Source: Lama guanicoe (Eukaryota). From it: a DNA stretch of 64,000 nt. The stretch covers positions 7,858,408 to 7,922,407 of the forward strand of contig MU055609.1 in NCBI GenBank assembly GCA_013239625.1, read 5' to 3'. Within the stretch, counting starts at the first letter, position 1; each line of letters starts with the position of its first letter. A program made the position numbers and the translations under genes. This document shows positions 22,960 through 35,240 of this stretch, one piece after another. Below the pieces are notes generated by a model. The model was not told the DNA's origin, did not search any database, and saw only the letters and a list, made by a program, of their open reading frames with translations.

Positions 22960-23626
22960 GGGAGCAGTCCCTCAGAGTGATCTGAGAGGCTGTCATCCCA
23001 GCCCGAGCCATTCTGCCCAATAAAACATAACTCTCAGCTTTTAGGCTGCACATTTATTTTAGTCAACAATTACGGTGACCACGATGAGGGACCCAGAGCA
23101 GACTTCTCCCCTTCGCCCGAACTCTATGAGGAACCGCAGCCTTGGTACCAGCAGAGGCCCTTTGTGCCCATCCGCCTCCTCGGGGAGTCCAGATGAATCT
23201 GGGAGACCATGAATCCACTGGCCTGGTAAAGCTACAGTATCTCCCACCTAGTGCTTTTTCTACATGTTCAAGTGGCCCCCAATCAGATGGCTGATTAGAT
23301 TTTCAATTTCTTCTGGAGCAACTGCTACCTGGAACTAATGTGTAAGATGGTAACTTCAGTTTGAGCACAAAATTCCTGGAACACAACCCTGTTACATCAC
23401 CACCAACCAATCAGAAGAAAGTCTGCACACAGTGGAAGATACAGAAGACTCTGTCCCCCTCCTCAAATGATTAAATGTGGTTAATATCCCCCTTTTCCCT
23501 TTAAAAACTTCCATGGACAAGTAGAATCTTCAGAGTTGGTTCTTAGACAAGAGACCACCTTCTCCCCAGGTCGCTGGCCTCCTGAATAAAACAATCTTTT
23601 CTTTACAAAAAAAAAAAAATTATAAT
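22960..23626 (+). mobile_element. L1-mediated processed copy of an ERV/LTR-derived transcript (R-U5, PBS, leader ... U3-R, poly(A))
   Basis: Perfect 17-bp TSD aataataaacctcaata (22943-22959, 23627-23643). AATAAA at 23585-23590 then A13 at 23607-23619. The 5' part has AATAAA at 23019-23024, LTR end ...gtcaaCA at 23068, and PBS-like cggtgaccacgatgagggac at 23073-23092. The 3' part has CCAAT at 23407 and TTTAAAA at about 23500. Confidence 0.85.
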
Positions 23627-26229
23627 AATAATAAACCTCAATAAATGAATAAACTAAACTAATCTGAACCCTATTTTTCTTCAGTCTGTTCAGGAAAGAA
23701 AAGTAATTCATAAGATTAAAAAGCTAGTACCAAGTACTGACACTTTGAAAAAAACCAAAAGGAAAAAAATTCTAGGTAGTGTACCAGGGACAATAGAAGC
23801 CTCAGTGACAACTGTCTCACCTTCAGCATTTATCACACGAAAAGAAGTGTTCAGACTGATGAGCCTGGCGCAATAAAAGATTCTTAATCGAAGCAATATT
23901 AAATTAAATTATGTTCAGAATATTCTTACAGACAGGAAAGAACAGTCACATATTTAAGTATTTTTAACAAGGGTTAAAACAAAAAGGAGGAATCTGGCAA
24001 ACTCCCAGCGAGCCAGAGACATGAACTGGAATTCTTAACTCCTGACTGGCTTACTCTCCCATGAAACAAAGGTCTGGATGTCAGACAGACAAGGCTTCCC
24101 TCCCGGGATGGATGTGAACCAACAGGTGATTCCACAAACACTGCTGATGTTGCTAGGGTTTAGCAACAAAGGAAGAGAGAGAAAAAGTGATCAGGTTAAT
24201 AGGAACTGCATACACTGTAATCAGCCTTTGGGCAAAATGAGACTGTCTGTGGGTGAATGTCTGTTGGGTGGAAGGATGTGCTGTGTGCAGGCAGTAAGAC
24301 AATGGCTTTCAAAACTCCCACCACACACTACTCCTAGAAAGGGCTCCTGATGCCATATTGGGATTATAATTAATTGACATAAGTTACGTGAGAGGAGTTG
24401 GCACAAAGGAGATGCTTTGTAAATATTAACTGAATATAAATCTACTAAAATTGCCTGTATTCAAAATAAAAGAAAATTCAGGGCTCTCAACAAAGGAGGT
24501 GAGATAAATAACTTTACTGTGCTGAGATCAGGCAGGATGTCATATATGAGTTGGAGAGGAAGGCTGTCTGAAAATCTTTGCCAATGTGTCTTTTTTGAAC
24601 TAAGGGCCTGGGGTTCTCTGGCGTGGACTTACCACTCCCAGCTGTGTGGAAGTCCCTGGCCCCATCATCAAGTTCACTGATAGTAGAGTACCATCAGGGT
24701 GCTCACCCTGCGGTCTGAGAGCTCAGTTCGGTTCCAACAAAGGTTTAGAAAGAAAGAAATTCCCCAGATGCATGGAAAGGAAAAGAAAGAAGAAACAAAA
24801 GTCCATTTCCCCTTTCCATCACCATTCAGCTTGCAAGTAAGAAGCAAAAGAAAGAAAGAAAAACCCAAGAACAAAAGAACTCACACAGAAATGGGTCTGC
24901 AGGGTGAAAATCGAGGAGGGATGCCATCTCCTTTTGTTATTATTATTTCTTTAAGCTAAGGGCTTCTCTGGGGATGGCTACACGAGGCAAGTGTGGCCAG
25001 CCTCACTACATGGAGTCAAACACCTGGGAGAGGAGAAAATGACGGAGGGTCTGGAATGTGTGAGACTCACAAATGTAAACACCGTCGAATGGCTCAGCTC
25101 TTTCGGGTGATGGAAAATGAAATGCCACCCTGACAATCGGGAAACCAAACAAACTCATACTTTAAATCATGCCCAGAACATGCTCAGTAATTTTCAACAA
25201 AAATGCCTAGTATATGATGGGACTATGCTGGTGCTAGAGGGATGGGTCCACACACTAGAGGGATGGCGCCACTTTCTGCTCTGCTTGGGAGTTGGTGAGA
25301 CTTTCCTAGGAGACCAAAGCCTCCATGTGCCTGCCCACATGCAGCAGAGGACCCCACCTCTTTCTTAATAAGGAAATGAGTTCATCATCAGTGGTAACTG
25401 TCCCAAATTGCCTTCTTCCCTTCTACCCTCAAACTTATCCCTAATGAAGCTCCATTCCTCCCTCCTGGCTTAGAATGTACAGTTCACAAAATGCTGGAGA
25501 AGAAAAGCTTCCCTGGGTAATGTTATGTATCACATCGTTCCTTTGAAGATGTATAACACATATTAGCACAGACTCGGAGAAGCAGTGATACAAAGAAACC
25601 CCTTTCTAACTTGGTTCATTTCAGTTTCCCAAACTCAGCTGGTCACAGAAAACTGGTTTTAAAAAAATATTATCACCTATTAAATATCTTTGGGAAAGAC
25701 TTTGAGATGGGATTCCAAAATGAACATTACTCTTTAAAACAGGACTGCATACTGTCTCAAGATAAAATTACCCTAAGGTTGGGGGGGGTATGGGCCTCAA
25801 CTCTGAGCTATGGTTCCTAAGATACCAGGGAGGGTAGCAGAAAACAAGGAGACCAAGACAGAATATTTCTCAGGTCTCTTCACTGCAATAGTCTATGATT
25901 CTGTTTCTCAGAAAACATCATTCAGACTTGTTTCTGGGATTATCTAGACAGGACAGAGATGCCCAGTGGGATGAGGGTCAGACATCTGTGTACATGTTTT
26001 CATGGCAGTACACGTTGTACAAGTCTGCTTCTAGCTCACTGTGTGTCAGTAGTCAGCGTGCAGTGAGCTTAAGGAGTTTCACTAGGAGAACCAAAGATCC
26101 AGAGGGAAAACACAATTGTGTGTGGCTGTATGGACACACCCAAGCAGGAGTACACACTTACAGGTATGTATACAGGCACATATGTGGACACTATCTATTC
26201 TTAACTAACTAGGCATATGACCCTGGGAG

Positions 26230-26595
26230 GTAGTACAGTATTGTAGGTAAAAATAGAGGTTTTGGAGTCAAACAAACGTGGCTTCAACTTTGTTCTGCCA
26301 CTTAAAGGCTGTGTGACCTAGGACAAGTTACTTAACCTTTCTGAGCCTGTTTCTTCACCTGTTAAATAGGGCAAACAATACCTACACCTCACAAAATTGC
26401 TGTGGAAATTATATATGTCAGGAATGTTCTGAGTTTTACATATACTGATACAATAATCCTGTGAATAGCTCTATGTCACAAATGAGAAAACCGAGGCACA
26501 GAGTAAGAATTTGCCTGTTATACAGCTAGTGAGTGGTGAGGCTGGGATGCAAATGCAGGCAGTCTAGCTCTTAATCACTAGGCTATCCTGCCTCA
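26230..26595. mobile_element. Adjacent inverted MIR pair (+ 26230-26420, - 26420-26595)
   Basis: ctgtgtgacctaggacaagttacttaacctttctgagcctgtttc, then caaatgagaaaaccgaggcacagag. Confidence 0.8.
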
Positions 26596-27689
26596 CATAA
26601 TTCTGGATTATATTAGGTCCATGATCTTCCCCTGGAAGACACAGACACACGTACACAAATAAACACTCTACACTTTCTCTTCCTCTCTGGCTTTTAAAAT
26701 CTGCTGTTTTTGTCATTAATTTATTACATGGTGCAGTTCAAGTGGGCAGCAGGCAGACACCAGCTTCCCAAACACAAGGATCCTATGTGGCTGCTCAAGG
26801 AACAGAAGAACAAATTTCAACCCTGAGAAATGTTAGTTTGCTCTGAACGATGACTCAGAGCCGCTATTTTCACAAACAGCCTGCTAATTAAACTTTCTTA
26901 TGAACTCTGCTAACCAATTTTTCCAATGCATGGAGAAAAATCATTCATTATAGACCGGAATCCAAAATCTAATATTAAACCACAAGTAGGATCTGTGGCA
27001 TTGTAATTTGATCAGCTGGAGCATTAATAACAGTTACACACTGATGTCTGAGAGAGGTAATCAGCTTTCGTTGAGATGTACGTAGATAACTGAACAAAAC
27101 ATCTGGAAGGCAGGCTAGAAAGCAAAGCAAGCTTATCACAGGGGTTTTAGTATTTACTTTACCCTCACAAATCCCCTGCTTAAAACGTCCTATTTTCCAG
27201 GTGACCACAGTAATATTCTGAATTGGTGTAGCACTTTAATGACTTCCTGACACTAAATTAGCAGCTCATCTGATGTCACAACACACAGTAAGGTGGAAAG
27301 AGCCAGTGTTATCCCCATTCTATGCACAGCAACCTGAGGCACAGAAGGGCTTGATCCACTGTGCGTCCCAGAGCTGAAGCTAGAATGAGACTTGGTGGAT
27401 CTTTCTGTTTCATCACATTGCCACTCATAAAAGTGGCCTGATTTTCAAAACAATCTCAGAAACCATCCTGACATTTTCAAATACTGAACTAAACACTTTC
27501 ATTTACAATCCTCCAGAACCACTGAAACTGTTGTGCATTATTACTGTAGCTATTTCTGAGGCTTACTGGAATACATCCTACAGCCACGTTCACGACTCGG
27601 GGTAAAACAGCAGAATGTGGGGAACCCTCTCCGTGAAGGTCTCCTGTCCCAACTGGCAGCAGCATGTGGGCAGACAGGCACAAGTACAC

Positions 27690-27865
27690 AAGTAGCTCGG
27701 CCACCTGCCAGCTGAGTGACCTCAGGTCAGTCATTTTAAACTCCATGAGCCTCGGTTTCCTTATCTAAAGAACGGGGCCACCATTACCTCTTGGGGGTGA
27801 GGTCAGGGTTAAATGAGATAAACATCAAGTGACTGGCATCCAGCAGTACTTAATAAATGTAAATT
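27690..27865 (+). mobile_element. MIR SINE
   Basis: gagcctcggtttccttatctaaagaacgggg...ttaaatgagataa...cttaataaatgt. Confidence 0.75.
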
Positions 27866-29839
27866 CCCAGCCATTAGCCTGCCTTCTCATATGCTGTCTC
27901 CTAAGTGTTCCTTGGAATTATGTAATTGAGGACCCAATCAGAAACAGATATCACCTTTCCTCCTCCTCTCCCTTTATCAGTCTGCTGGCCCAGTGGCAGA
28001 GCCTTTGGAGAGAAAAGGGAAGGAGTTATGAGAGAGAAGGGGCCCCTTCCATTTACAGGTTGCTTTAGTTTACAAGGGTCTTCATGTGCCACCTGGTTTG
28101 AACTTGCAAGTATCATCCAATGAAGGTAGGGTAAGGATTTACCTTTTTACTATATATTGAGAAAATGGAAGTCCAAGGGAAAAAAGTGACTTATGCAAGG
28201 CCACACTCACGTCTATTAAGTGTGTGTGTAGGGGCTGTGGTGCAAGACTTTGATTAACATCTGGCTCACTTCTGGTTAGCCCAACACACTGCATTGTGTT
28301 TCTGACCAGGAAGTATGGGGGGGGGGTGTCATGTGTGTGTTGGGGGGAGTACAGAGCTCTTGGGCAGGGCTCACTTCTTCTGTACTTCAAGGTGGTCTGT
28401 CTCATTGGGAAGGCTCCACTGACTGGTGAGGGCACTGGGAAGAGAAAAGGCAGCCGAGGACTTGTTGCAGTTTCCAGGGACAGGATCAGGAAATGAGAGT
28501 GACATTTGTTTTTCCTGTTTGCTGTCCAGCTCAGGGTCCTGGGCAACGGGGAACCTGCCAGAACTCAGAACGGGAACCCTCACCAGAGAGATGGAAGCCA
28601 TATGCCCAACCATGGGGTGTGAGTGGGAGGGGGAAGCTGCAGACACTCAGAATCCACTGATACTCGGTTCAGGGCAGCAAGCAAGGAAACCCGCTTCAGG
28701 CACCCCCTCTGGCACAGTATCTACACCTGAAGTTAATGAAAACAGGGACTGCACTCAGGCAGCTTCTCTATGAGGCTTCCTGCCCCTGCCACAAGAAAAC
28801 CAGACGATCGATCTAACATGCATTCAATTTGAGAAAAGGAAAACTCTCCGTATGTGATTTCAGGCTTCATATTCCATCTTACAGCATAGCTGGCAATAGG
28901 CTCCACAATCAGAAGCTCCAGTGAGTGTGGTGGAAAGGGGGAGAGGGGCTGGGGTCCTGATCATCACTTGAGAATGGCATCAAGGCGTCACCATCCATAT
29001 TTCCTTGTTGTGAAGAAAACTCAGACTAGGTAGCTAGGTACCAGTCAGACTAGTCATTTAGCCACATTTAATTTACACATTTTCTTTTTGGTCTCCTTTT
29101 ACCATTCCACACCCATTTCCCTTCTATCTTGTTTTCTTTTCTTTGCTTTGCTTTTTTCTAAATCTATAGCTATTTTAATTTTAGTTCTTTCCCATCGTAT
29201 AAGCCAATTCAAATCCTTTTTGGATCAAATGGCATACAGATGAATAAGAAGTCAGAAAGAAGAGGCAGGATAGGAAACAAGCAAAGAAAAGAAAAAAGGG
29301 AGGAAGAAAGAGAGAGGAAAATAAGAAGCCAAGTGCTTCTTCTTTGGGCTGCACTGGCCTGCTCTGTAAAGTGAGTACGGACCTTGCCTATCTTGGCTAC
29401 TCCAACAGGATCAGAGGAGGTCCTGAATATAAAAGCCTTTGAAAATAAACATAAAGGGCAAATATGAGGGATTATTAAATATACATTTTATGCTCATACT
29501 ACCAATAAAATGATTTAAGATGTTTGTGATGAGAAATTCTATTAGTGGCCACAGGAGTTAGAGTAATTACCCTAATTAGCTGTATCCACTTGTGTAGATG
29601 GGGCCCTGTCTCACCAGACAGCCAACTGCAAAACAAGAGCCATGCAGAAAACCAAACTCATAAATCAGCAAGAAATTGAAGTCGGTGGAAAAAAGAGTCA
29701 CTGAGAGAACACGGCCCTGACCTGAGCGAGAAAAACAACGATTCTCAAATCACAGGGGCCACGGGAAGTCTGCAAACTTTCTGTCCACCCCTTTCTGTGT
29801 TAGGCCAGGTTATTTATCAGCAACGTAGAAGGAGTCTGA

Positions 29840-30345
29840 CAGGCTTGGGTTCAAATCTCAGCTCCACTACTTCCTAGCTGTGACCTTGGACAAATTACTT
29901 ACCCTCTCTGAACTGATTTCATCAACACAAGGAAGCACTAACATTTCCCCCACCGGGTAGCCCTGGCTGTTCTATTCACAATCCCTTGAAGCTGTCTGTG
30001 AAGCTTGGCTCAGCTGCTTTCTCTGCATCTCCTACAATCTGCCATTTAAGGCTCACTTCTATTTGATACTTGCTCTGAGAATCCCAGCCCTCAGCGATCT
30101 TCTCCTCCTTTGAACACCCACAGCTGATGCTTTCTTCACCTTCATTCAGCAGAGGTAGAGCGGTGAGGTAACAGAAAGACCAGAGGCTTTGCACTCCCCA
30201 GCTAGCTGATTCTAAACCTTGGCTTCCTCATCCTTAAAATGGGGATAATACCATGGATCATGTATGACTGAGACAAAGCTTCAATGAGGTAACATAGGTG
30301 ACACGCCTAGCACTGTAGCTGACAGACAGTAAGCATCCCATCAAG
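29840..30345 (+). mobile_element. MIR fragments (29840-29950, 30200-30345)
   Basis: gggttcaaatctcagctccactacttcctagctgtgaccttggacaaattactt; cttcctcatccttaaaatggggataata. Confidence 0.75.
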
Positions 30346-32429
30346 CTTCCAGCTTCATTGTATTTTATGAATCAGGGTCAGGAAGGGTGGGTTTGGGCCT
30401 TAGTGAAAAAACAAAACAAAACACCTCATAAAAGAGCAAAGGTGGCATCACCTTCATGCGTCATAAGCAGGCTCTCAGCTGCGCCCAGACCTGCAGGGGG
30501 CCACAGGGCCCTGTAATTTTTCCCAGCTTCCCCCACTCATTGGCCCTGCTAGCAACAACATGTGGGCACCAACTATGTCTTCCCCTCTTTCACTCCCTCA
30601 CAGACCCTGATACAGAATTTAAGGGAAGAGAGGAAAGGAAATAACATTCATTTGGTCTGAGAGAGCAACACTAAATAAATAGAGTTGGCTGATTGAAAAC
30701 GTTTTACAAATGTAAAAGCCTTATACAAATATATGGTTTCCACCTGAATTTTATCTTCTTTCCAAACTAGAAATATCTTCTCCCATCAAAGCTCAATTTT
30801 GGGGCTGTAGGAAAAACAAAAAGGCAACTTAAAGATCTTTAGTTCTGACAAGGAATAAAGGCACATGACAGGATTCATCAGTTAAGAGCAGTAAGGGAGA
30901 TGCGGAATGGGGGCAGGGTGGGGGCAGACTGAAAAAGGAAACCACCACTACCACAGCTCACAGAGGACAAGAAAAAAATGAATTTCCCATTAACACATTT
31001 CAGAAAAGCACTTTCCTCCTACCCTGAAGCTGATGAATTACATTTTTAGATAATGTGTGGAACTTTCAGCTTGACATTACCTTCCTGCTTAGTTCCTAGT
31101 CTCAATCAACCAGATCATTTTATAGAGAAGGGGGGAGCCAGTGAGTGAGTGTGTGTGGCGGGGAGTGTGTATGTGTTGAGGGAAGGAGGGGTGGCTGGGT
31201 GAACAGGGAATTGGTCTTACGAACCAAACAGTCAGCTAAAGCACAGAAATAGAAAATCCTTAAAATACCCAGGCCTGATTCACATCCTAGGTAAAAATCC
31301 TTTGAGACAGCTCTCCTGGGACGTGAGAATATTTTCCTATGGTTATCTGAGTTTGGAAGCAGGGCAGAAACGTCTGATTTGGAAGGGAAGATGAAGGGAA
31401 AAATAGCCAGGGGGCAAAGGGAAAGCATACCTGGTCTATAATCCTGACTATTGCCGTCCTGGGAAAAAAATGTGTCAAAAGAAGCAGAATGTACCTGTAC
31501 GAACTCTAAGCCTCACAGCTCCACTCAATTGCCAAAGTGTCCTAATTAGAAAGGATGAGGGGTCTCCGATTGCCCTTGATGGGGGTGTAAGAGGCACAAT
31601 GATTATATGGCTTACGGTTTCCACTTAATGTTCTAACGCTCTCCAAGTTCCCCTTAATAAGGCAGACTCCCTATTCTCCTGTTTGGTAACCCCATTAGTC
31701 TGCCAAGTCTTTTCCATACCTAAAAATTTTCCATTCACCCCCAACAATAATCAGCCGCCCTCCCCAAATCAACAACTCAAAATTCTTTTATTCTTCTTTG
31801 TGGAATATGTATAAAATGACTGCAGGGAGGTGATAAATAAAATAACAGATGCAAATTTGCCTGATTTTCCTCTGAATTCAGGAGGTGCATTGCACTGTAC
31901 CAAGCACATTTTCAAAATCAGCAGCAAAATATGCTGATAAATGCGACTATTTCCTCTACCCTTCCCATCACTAACGAATATCCCTCTGATGTGCATGTAG
32001 AAAAGTTCATTTAGCTAATCAATATCTTGGGATTTTCTTGGATATGCATAATTGAGGCTGGGTTTTAACTATGCTTAAATTTAAGGCAGCATCCATTTCA
32101 ACACAGTGCTTGCAAGATAAAGAAAAGGCGAACACAGTGAAGGTTACTTTGTGAAGAAAGAATCTGAGGGTAAAAACCACTCCACATCTATTTTTCCCTT
32201 GTTCAGGTAAGCAGTGGCCTGTTTAATTTTAAAATATTGGTATTTATTTATTTATTTATTTTAATGCACAGCATTCTATTTTCCAAAACAAAAGATTCTG
32301 AACTCTAATTATTAGAGTTTTGCCTGCACTAAAAGTTTTCATTCCCTAGGTTATATAAGCTGAGTTGGTTTGTAAAGGGGAGAAGCCAGTTTAGTATTTT
32401 TAGGGAAACTGCCAGAGAGAAACTACCAT

Positions 32430-32645
32430 GGGATAACTCACAATTAGTCAGAGAGCCAAGAGTTCAAGTCCCAGCTCTTCTGCTTGGAAGCTAAGTCACC
32501 TTGAGCAGATGACTCAGTTGTTTCTAAGTCCAAATTCCTTCAACTGCAAAATGACTGTCTTGGGGATTATATGCAATGCCCTTTATTGACCTCAGCACAA
32601 TGCTTAGCACACAGTAAGCACTCAATAAACACTGGCTATGATTAT
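32430..32645 (+). mobile_element. MIR SINE
   Basis: gagttcaagtcccagctct...aatgcttagcacacagtaagcactcaataaac. Confidence 0.78.
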
Positions 32646-35122
32646 GAATCTCTAAGAAGTCCCAATTTACTATTTAAATGAGCAACTATATTTAAAGCTT
32701 TTAATATAGTGCCCAGAATACACAGAAAGCACACAAAAACATACAAAAGCTGCTGCTATTATTTTTATTCATCTTTGCCGGGTGCTGTCAGAGATTATAC
32801 CGATAAAGTTACCCTAGGGCTGAATTCACATTTCAGGAGTGAATTCAAAGCACTTTCATATTTTAGGATTTTTTTAGAGCCTCTTGAGGTTTATAAAGTT
32901 ATCTCAGAAGCAAAACTTCACTAAATTCCCAGTGTCCCCATCAGTCCAGTTTCCTGTAAGTACATGCAGTAACTTAAAGCAACCCACAACCCTCACTCTC
33001 CTCTCCCTCTCAGCCCAAGACTGTATCCCTTGTAATGCCTCTTGGCCTAAATGCTCTAACAGACATTGCCCCCCTTCCCCCACTGCTGTAGTCCGTGCCC
33101 CACATCTCACCTCCTGAGAAGGACATACAGGATTATTAGCACTTTCACAAATCTGAGAAAGAACAGAAGTTACCCAATGTCACTGAATCAAAACTGAGTT
33201 GGTTCCTTTAATTAGACATGTATTTCTAGACACAAAGTCTGTGGCAAAGAAGTCATCCAGATGTCCCCCAGTAGCAAAGCGTCTTTTTTGCCTTATTCTG
33301 CTTTTTCCACTGAACGATAGCATTAATAAAGCCAAAGATATGTGCTATAAAGGAAGAAATGGGTTAGAGGTGGGGCTTAGGAAATGTGTTTGTCCACTGG
33401 GGTGCAACTCTGACTTAAAGGTTTGGTATGCTTAATTTCACTTGGCAATGCTGCCTCATATCAAGACTACTGCTTCCAAAGAGGCACGTCCCAACTCTGC
33501 TGCCTCTGTCCAAAGCACAGAGGAATAAACAAAGGCTTTTATTCTTAGACTGGAATTTCAGCTCTATTCCTTTGCTTTTCTTCCCTCTACCTAAATCCTA
33601 ACCCTATCTTTCAAATGCCCCCCAATAGCTCCAGCTAACACAAACCTCACTCTTTCTCAACCATCCACAGCCCATGTGGTCTGTTCCACACATGGGTCAC
33701 TCCACATATTCAGTTTTACAATCGATAATGTTCAGTTTGGACCACCCTGTCCTCAAAACACCCCCTCCCCATCCCTTAGAGCTCTCACTTGCCTGAAATG
33801 GTTAGAAAACTACCCTTAAAAACTACACTGCATGGGCACATGGAGCGTGACATCAGAAAAAACAGAACTCTTCTTTATCACTATGATGCAAAGAATCACA
33901 CAATCTAGATAAGCAGACCAAAACTGTTTGTTATTATACAGTGATTTATTTCTGGGGATTTTTCTTTGTTACTTTCCCCCCTCCTTTCTCTATTCCTTTT
34001 GGAGAGGGGTGATAACAAGAGAGACAATTATAAAAATGCAATTTAGCATTCCAGCTGTGCTGGCTTTAAGACAGACCCTGAGTCACCTAACTCTATCCCA
34101 GCTAAGCCATATGTTTCCTCCCCTAAAACACTGATCATCTAGGAACCTGGCTTCAGAAATGCAGTCTCAAAGTCTGAAAAACAAGAAGGCAACAAAATAA
34201 AAAATAAGAAACAAATTCAATTGTCTTCAGTCCACAGGAATAGCAGAATTTCTACAAGGGGCTTGGGATTGTTTGCCCGAGTTTCTGAGTTGCACAAAAA
34301 TCCTTGCAGGCCGTGTACCACTTTCTCTCCCCTCCAGCAACAGAGGCGGAAGGTGGATGGAGGAGAAAAACAAAGGACATAGCTTCCAGAGCCACCTCAC
34401 GTCCACAACTGCACACAAAAGCAACTTGGGACACATGTTTTCTCTCCCTGGTACCTAGATTATCCTGATAAATGTCCTTCCCCAAATGGGGAAAGAAAAT
34501 CTAATATCTCTGAGAAGATAAGTAGCAGAGATGTCCAAAAGCACTGTAAGGGAATCTTAAACTTGGCACTTTCAGTAAATTTGGCTCTACATCGAAGACT
34601 GAGTTGTATCCTCGGAGGATGATAAATATTATCTTGCCTCTCTTTACACACAAGAGTCTTGTTGAAAGCCATGGTGCATTAGGTACTCTCCAGAGGGTGG
34701 TCAGTAACTGCTACTCAGAGGAACACAACGTTTCACTGGGTTATGGGATTAGGGCTAGGCAGAGGCACCCTGCACATGCTTCCACATAAGATCATGCTTT
34801 TGGAAATGGGGGTGGGGGGCTGGGGCGGTGGGGTGTCAGGTGTGGTGAAATCCGCTCCATCACCTGCTAATTATTGTGCTCCCTTAACCTCACTAAGCTT
34901 CAGTGTCCACATGTAAGGAAATGGAGATGGTTTTCAGAGTTCAATGAAATAAGGTACGTCCACTGCCTACCAAGTACCTGGCACAGAGTAAGTACTTGAT
35001 ATATGATAGCAATTATGCCCTCAGCACCACAACACTTAAGTCCACGCCCAAATTCAAATGGAGAATTCATCAACAGTCCTCAGCTAAGAGTGAATCTAGC
35101 CTCTGGCAACATCATCAATGAT

Positions 35123-35240
35123 TTCTCTTTTTGTCTTTCTCTCTTTCTCTCTCTGTTCTCCTCCCTTCCTTCCTTCATTCTTTTCTCCCTCCCTCCCTCC
35201 CTTCCTTTACTTTCTTTCTGCCTGTCTCTCTCATTCTCAA
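35123..35240 (+). repeat. CT-rich low-complexity tract
   Basis: Direct read. Confidence 0.85.
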
